Assembly (NCBI GenBank): GCA_965212115.1
Contig: CBDBUR010000001.1
Coordinates: 641,395 to 705,394 of the forward strand
Direction: 5' to 3'
DNA from: Alphaproteobacteria bacterium
GTDB taxonomy: Bacteria; Pseudomonadota; Alphaproteobacteria; JAPOUT01; G958296285
Length of the DNA stretch: 64,000 nucleotides
Below are positions 44,801-50,800 of the stretch, in pieces. Positions within the stretch are counted from its first letter, which is position 1; every line of letters starts with the position of its first letter. Under the pieces are notes generated by a model. It saw only the letters and a list, made by a program, of their open reading frames with translations, searched no databases and was not told the DNA's origin. The translations under genes and the position numbers were made by a program.

Positions 44801-47800
44801 CGAGAGACAAAGAAATGCCGTCCATTCCAGTCAATATCAGATCGCCGCCACCGACGTCGATCGTGCCGCCCAGTGTCAAAACGCCGTCGGCAGTGATGGT
44901 CAAAGAAAAATTGCCTTCGCCGTCCTTAACCGCGGTGAAGGTGGCGTCAGAGCTAATCACGCCGATTGCGATGTCACCACTGAGGTTAACCTCATTGCCC
45001 GTTAACAAGCGCCTATTGTTGGCAGCGCCTTCAACGCGGATCCTGAGCCCCGCCAGAGTGAGATCACCGCTGCCCAGCTCAATGTCTGACCTAATCGTGA
45101 TGACACCCTCACTCGCAAGATCAAGACCTCTGCCATCTTTAACCATCCAAGCCAAGACGGTCTGCGCTTCATCGGTGTCAAGTTCAAGAAGGCTCACGAA
45201 AGCCAAAGAGAATAGATCGCCGCCAAACGCCACATCCTGCGTCAGATGCACCTTCTCTGCAGTGAGTGTCGGAGTCGCCGCGCCGAAGATAAGCGCGCCG
45301 TCCGCCTCATCTTGATCTGAATCCGCCGTCAAAGTCAGCGCGCCGCCGCCGATATTAATGTCGCTGTTGAGCGTCAAATCGCCGCCCGAAAGAATCGTCA
45401 AAGAATGGCCATCATCGGTCGTGATATTTCCAGCGGTGAGAACAATATCAAGATCACCCATGCCGCTAATCACGCGGTCAGCGCCGGTGAAAGCTAATGT
45501 GGCGACGCCGACATCAACCACCGACGCTTCTGTGATGTCCGCCGCGATCGTCAACGCGCCGCCGCTGCCCGTGACAACGATCGTCAAGCGATCACCCCCA
45601 AGATTGAAACTTCCTGCTGTGATCTCAATCACATTTGCGCGCAAAATCACCGCGCCCGAAGTCGCCGCAAAAGAAATGTCTCCTGCGCCCGCGTTGAAAA
45701 TGATCTTCCCTGAACGCTCAATGAAGCCCGTGCCGGGTACCACAAGATCTTTATCGTTTTGCGTTTGCAACATAAAGTTTTCCGCCAGCCTCAGGACGAA
45801 CCAATCTTCATCCGTTTGCTCCCCGTTCAGTCCGGTATAAACGACAATAATGTCATCCTCCTCTAAAGCAGCGGCGGCGCTGTTTTGGAAGGCCGCAAGC
45901 TCCGACGATACCGCAGGAAAAACCGCACCGCCTTTCTCCAGCAAAACAGAAATCGCCGTGATGACACGACCCATCCCAAAGTCAATTTCGCCTCTGAAAT
46001 CCGCGCGCCCAGCCACAAGCGACAGCGCGCCGTCATGGACATTAACATTGCCTCCCAAAGTCAAATTGCCGCGCGCGATGATCTCAAGGTTGAAATTTCC
46101 GCCTGTCGTGTCAAAATCGCCGGTGATCTTGTTGAATGTCCCGGTGTTGATGCCACCGACAGCAATGAGGCTGACGACATTGCCGGATAATATCCGCGCG
46201 CTGCCGTTAGCTGCGCCTATAATCTGAATCGCCGCTGCCGACAAAGTAAAATCGCGCGCGCCGGTCTTGATATCGCTTTTGATCTCTATGACGGCGCTGT
46301 CGGCGGTCAGCACAAAAGCCCTATCAGCAACAGGAGAACCTCTTGCGGCTTGGTCATTTAACATCCACTGATGAACGCCTTGCGTGGTCTCGCCATTGAC
46401 CGTCCCATTAACCGTCAAAGTCAGCGCACCGACGGAAGCAGGCAGATTAAATAATTCATCGGCAAAAGCGACATCGTGCGTCAGTATCACTGAAGCCGCC
46501 CTGAGTACGCGAACAGCACTGCCTCTTGAAATGGCATCACCTGCCGAAAGCCGCAGCGCGCCAGCGCCAATATCAACATCTCCCGCAACGATCAAATCGC
46601 CTTGCGCGCTGATCGTGAGGTCAAAATCATCTCCTACAGCTTTGTCGAAGGCGCTTATTTCGCCCAATAGATTGTCGCGTGTGATCGTTCCAATGAAAAT
46701 CCCCGCGCGCGCCGTAAGACTGACAGCAGCACCCGACAAAATGCGCGCGCGCCCAATCGCGCCACCAATGTTGATGCGCGCCGCCGATAAAATAAGAGCG
46801 CCGCGCCCAAGCTCAATGTCATCGTCAATGACAACCGGGCGCGCCGACGAAAGAGACAAGGCTCTATCATTAACCGCCATCCAATCATAGACTTCCTGCG
46901 AGCCTGCCGCCGCGCTGGTCGTCAACTCCAATGTTGTCGTGCCATTGAAGCCCGCAAAGGGCGCAGCACTGCCAAACAGATTCACTTGAGCGAGGCGGAT
47001 CGTCAAGGCGGTTAAGTCTCTAGCGCCGATCACGGCGATCGCTCCTGCGCCTGTGGTCAAGGTGATCGCGCTTGCATTGATATTCGCCGCGAGCGTCAGC
47101 GCGCCGCTCGCCCTGACAACAAGACTATGATCGTCTAAATCTATCAAAGTCGCGGAATCTATTGAAATATCGCCCGCTTCGATCATCAAGTTGCGGCTGG
47201 CATGATCGACGCCGCGCGCCTTGAGCATGAAGTCGCCCGTGATCGCAATATCATCTCCAATGCGCACCACGCCGTCAGATGTAAGAGAGAGGTTTCTCGC
47301 TTGAGGCGTCAACATCCAATTTTGGACATTTTGAACCGTTGACAACCCCGCATGAGTGATCAATTTCAAAGTGCCCACAGCGGAGAGATCATAAAGGGCA
47401 CCTTCAGCAAATAGGGCATCTTGTTGCGTGATCGAAACGACCGCCGCAGTGATAACACTTCCAGCGCGCGGAGTCAGAGTCTGGCCTTCCAAAGTGAGCG
47501 TGGCTGACCCGCGGCGGCCTAAATCAACATCGGCATTGAGATCCAAAGAAACTCCGTTTGAAACACCGCTTGCCATGAGCGAAAGATCAAAATTGCCCAC
47601 CAAAGCAGCGACAAAAACATTATTGCGGCCAAACTGCCCCGTCGCAACGCCATGCGGCGCGGTGATCTGAACGCTTCGGCCTGATAATATGCGCGCCTCT
47701 GTCTCGCTGCCTGCGATTTGAATTTGATCCGCTGACAAAATGAGGCCGCGGTTTGCACCGGTTATAATGTTGCGCTTGATCGCGATCTTGGCGCTGTCGG

Positions 47801-50800
47801 CGGTGAGACTCAGTCCTCGATCTTCTTCATTCAACATCCAGTCGCTCACGGGCTGGGTGCCGGAGGCGGCCGTTGTCGTCAGCGTCAGCTGGCCGACGCC
47901 CGTAAGATCGAATATCCCGCCTGCAAACAAACTGCCTTGCGTGAGCGAAACCAATGCCTGCGAAGTCAGCGTCGGTATCGTGCCATTGCCAAAGATGCTG
48001 CCTTGTCTTGCTACTACGACAAATTCACCATCCGTTCCATCGTCGCCGTTGATTTTAATCGCTGCCACGCGGCTCTCGAAGCTCACATCGCCGGTCATTG
48101 CCGTCAGAGTGAGATTGACGCCATCAGACGACGCAACATGAGTGCCATTGAGAATTATCGTAGCGCCTTGCAATGCCAATGTCATGCCGCTTGAGCCCAA
48201 GAAATCAATCGCTGTGCGGCTATTCAAAGTGAGCGCGCCACCGATCGTGATGTTTGCGCCGATCTCGATTTTATTGATCGCGCTGGTCAAAGTGAGAGCA
48301 CCAAAACTTTCATCATTGATCACCGCTGCGTCCGCGACAAAAACTTTGCCGCTCGTATTGGTGAGCGTCAAATCCCGGTTGGCGGCGAGCATCCAAGAGG
48401 GATGAACTCGCTGCCCCGCCACCGCCGTTTTAAGAGTGAGCTTGGCGACAGTTCCAATACCGTCAGGATGGCTAAACTTGAACGGCGTGGTTGAAGCAAA
48501 AGCGCCGCTTTGCGTGATCGAAACACTGGGCACATTTAATCTCGGCGCGCCCGCGCCGCTGCCTGCCTCGATGGCCATCGCCTGCAATTCTAGTCCGTGC
48601 GCGCCAATCGGATTGGCCGTGCCAAAGATTCGCAAGCCATCGACACCGCCATCGAGCGTGATCACACCGCCCGCAGCGATGAGCTTCAAAACACGGCCAC
48701 CAAGATCAAAACTCGCCGCAGTAATCAAAATAGCCTGTGCAGTCAATGTGATCACCGCATCGTCGGCGATATCATCGTTAAAAGTGATCCCATGCGCTCC
48801 AGCATTGAGCACAATGCCTATCGAGCTTTCAATCCTGCCCGCGCCATCGCTCAATGCGCCGCCCTCAAGATCGCTAAGCCCAATCTCTAGCGCCCATCCC
48901 GCGCCCAAAGTCCGCGTGAGGCCGGGCAGGGTCAGCCATGACGGCAAGGCTGTGATCTTCGGGATATGGCGATCGTCTCCAGTAAAAAAACCTTCCGGCA
49001 CAATCGCGCCGAAGCTCACCCGCTCCGGCTGCGTCATCGAGAAAAACGTCTCATCCTGCGTCAAAGTGATCGACGAAGCCGTCAGCGCGAGCAGCGCGGC
49101 ACTAAAAGAGTTTGCAAAAGTGATGGCACCGATTTGCGCCGCCTGTTCACCTTCGCCCGCCGTCAGCCTGAGCACACCCGCGCCGATATCAAAGCTTGCC
49201 ATATCTAAGCTTAAATCGCGGCCTGCCTTGATCGTGATGTTCTGACCATCGTGGGTTGTCGCATTGGAGGTCAGGCTGACCATATTGCCAGACAGCACGC
49301 GCGCGCCACCGCTGAATGCGATCGTCATGCCCTTCAAAGTAAGGTTGCGAGTGATATTGATGTCGCGCCCAATCGTGATCGTCGTGTCGGTCGCGGTGAA
49401 AGAAAAAGATCGGTTGAGAACCGCCGCACCGTCCGCCGTGCTGCCATTCAACATCCATGCCTTGACGCTCTGCGCCGCGCTGCCATTTGCCTTCAGAGTC
49501 AATAAAAAAGCCTGATTCGGCAGAATGAACAGATCATCAGCAAACGTGCCGGTCTGCTCCAAGGTCAGGCTTCTGGTGGTCACGGTCGGGGCGCTGTTGC
49601 CCTCTTCGGTGAAGTTCGTTGTGGTAATCGCGCCATGCGCCGCTGTGACACGAATCAATCCGTTGGGATTATAGATCGCGTTGGTTTTGAAGTTCAACGT
49701 CGCGCCCGACAAAGTGCGCGCAGAGTTAGAGCCAAAATCGATCGAGCCAGCCTTTAAGATGATCGCGCCGCTGCCGACATCAATGTTCTGATGAGAGATG
49801 ATCTCACAGCTTGCGCACGTAATGAGCGTCAAATTCATGCCGCTGACACCCATCCAGTCGTGGAAGATTTGATTTTTTTCGGTGGTAAGCTCTAGCGCAG
49901 CGGCGGTAAATGAAAATGCAGGTGTGTCTGGATTTTCAAACGCGGCCTGCTGAAGAAGCTTCACCGTCGCGGCGGTGAGTATGCGAGTCGTCGTGCCATT
50001 TCTAGCGATTGTGCCGTTGGTGATGGCGGCATGATTGTCGCCTCTGGCCGCCATCAGCGTGAGGCGGCCCGCAGCGCCGACATTGATGTCGTTTTTAATC
50101 GTTAAATCGCTATTTGTTGCAGAGATGGTCAGATGGATATTATTGCCATTTGCGGTTATTTGATCAGCCGCCGCGATATCGACGCTGGCACCCTGCAACA
50201 AAGTGACTCCTGTGCCAAGCTCAATAGAGCTCACGCCCGTCTTCAAAGTGAGCACGCCGCGTGTTTTGATGTTCGCATTGACGGCAATCTTGCCGAGTCC
50301 CGAATTAAATATAAGATCGGCATCACCAACCTTGCGCGCTGCGTTTGGCTCGCCATCGGCGACGATTGCGCTGTCGATCGTTATGCTGCCATAGAGGCGC
50401 GTCTGGTTGGTTAAAGTCAGATCTCGATTGAAGCCGAGCATCCAATCTGCCACATTCTGATTATTTGCTGAGACTGTCAGCTCGAGCGCGCCTGCATCTC
50501 GAAAAACAAAAACTTCTGTAGAAGAAAACTTGCTCTGCTGAATCAGCTTGATCGTTGCTGCGGTCAAAATCGGAATGTCGTTCGTTGAGGGCTTGCTGTC
50601 ATTGCTCGCGGTCAAGATAGCGCCTATGGTGAGGAGCGATAAGCTGTCGCGCGCGCCCGCGCTCAGAGTGAGAACACCTCTGCCGATATTGATGTCGGCA
50701 TATAGGCTCAAATTGATTGGCCGCGCATCGCCGAGCGTGGCGATGGTCAGATCATGATTGTCGCTTGTCGTAATTTCCGCTGCAGAAATGGCGACCGAAA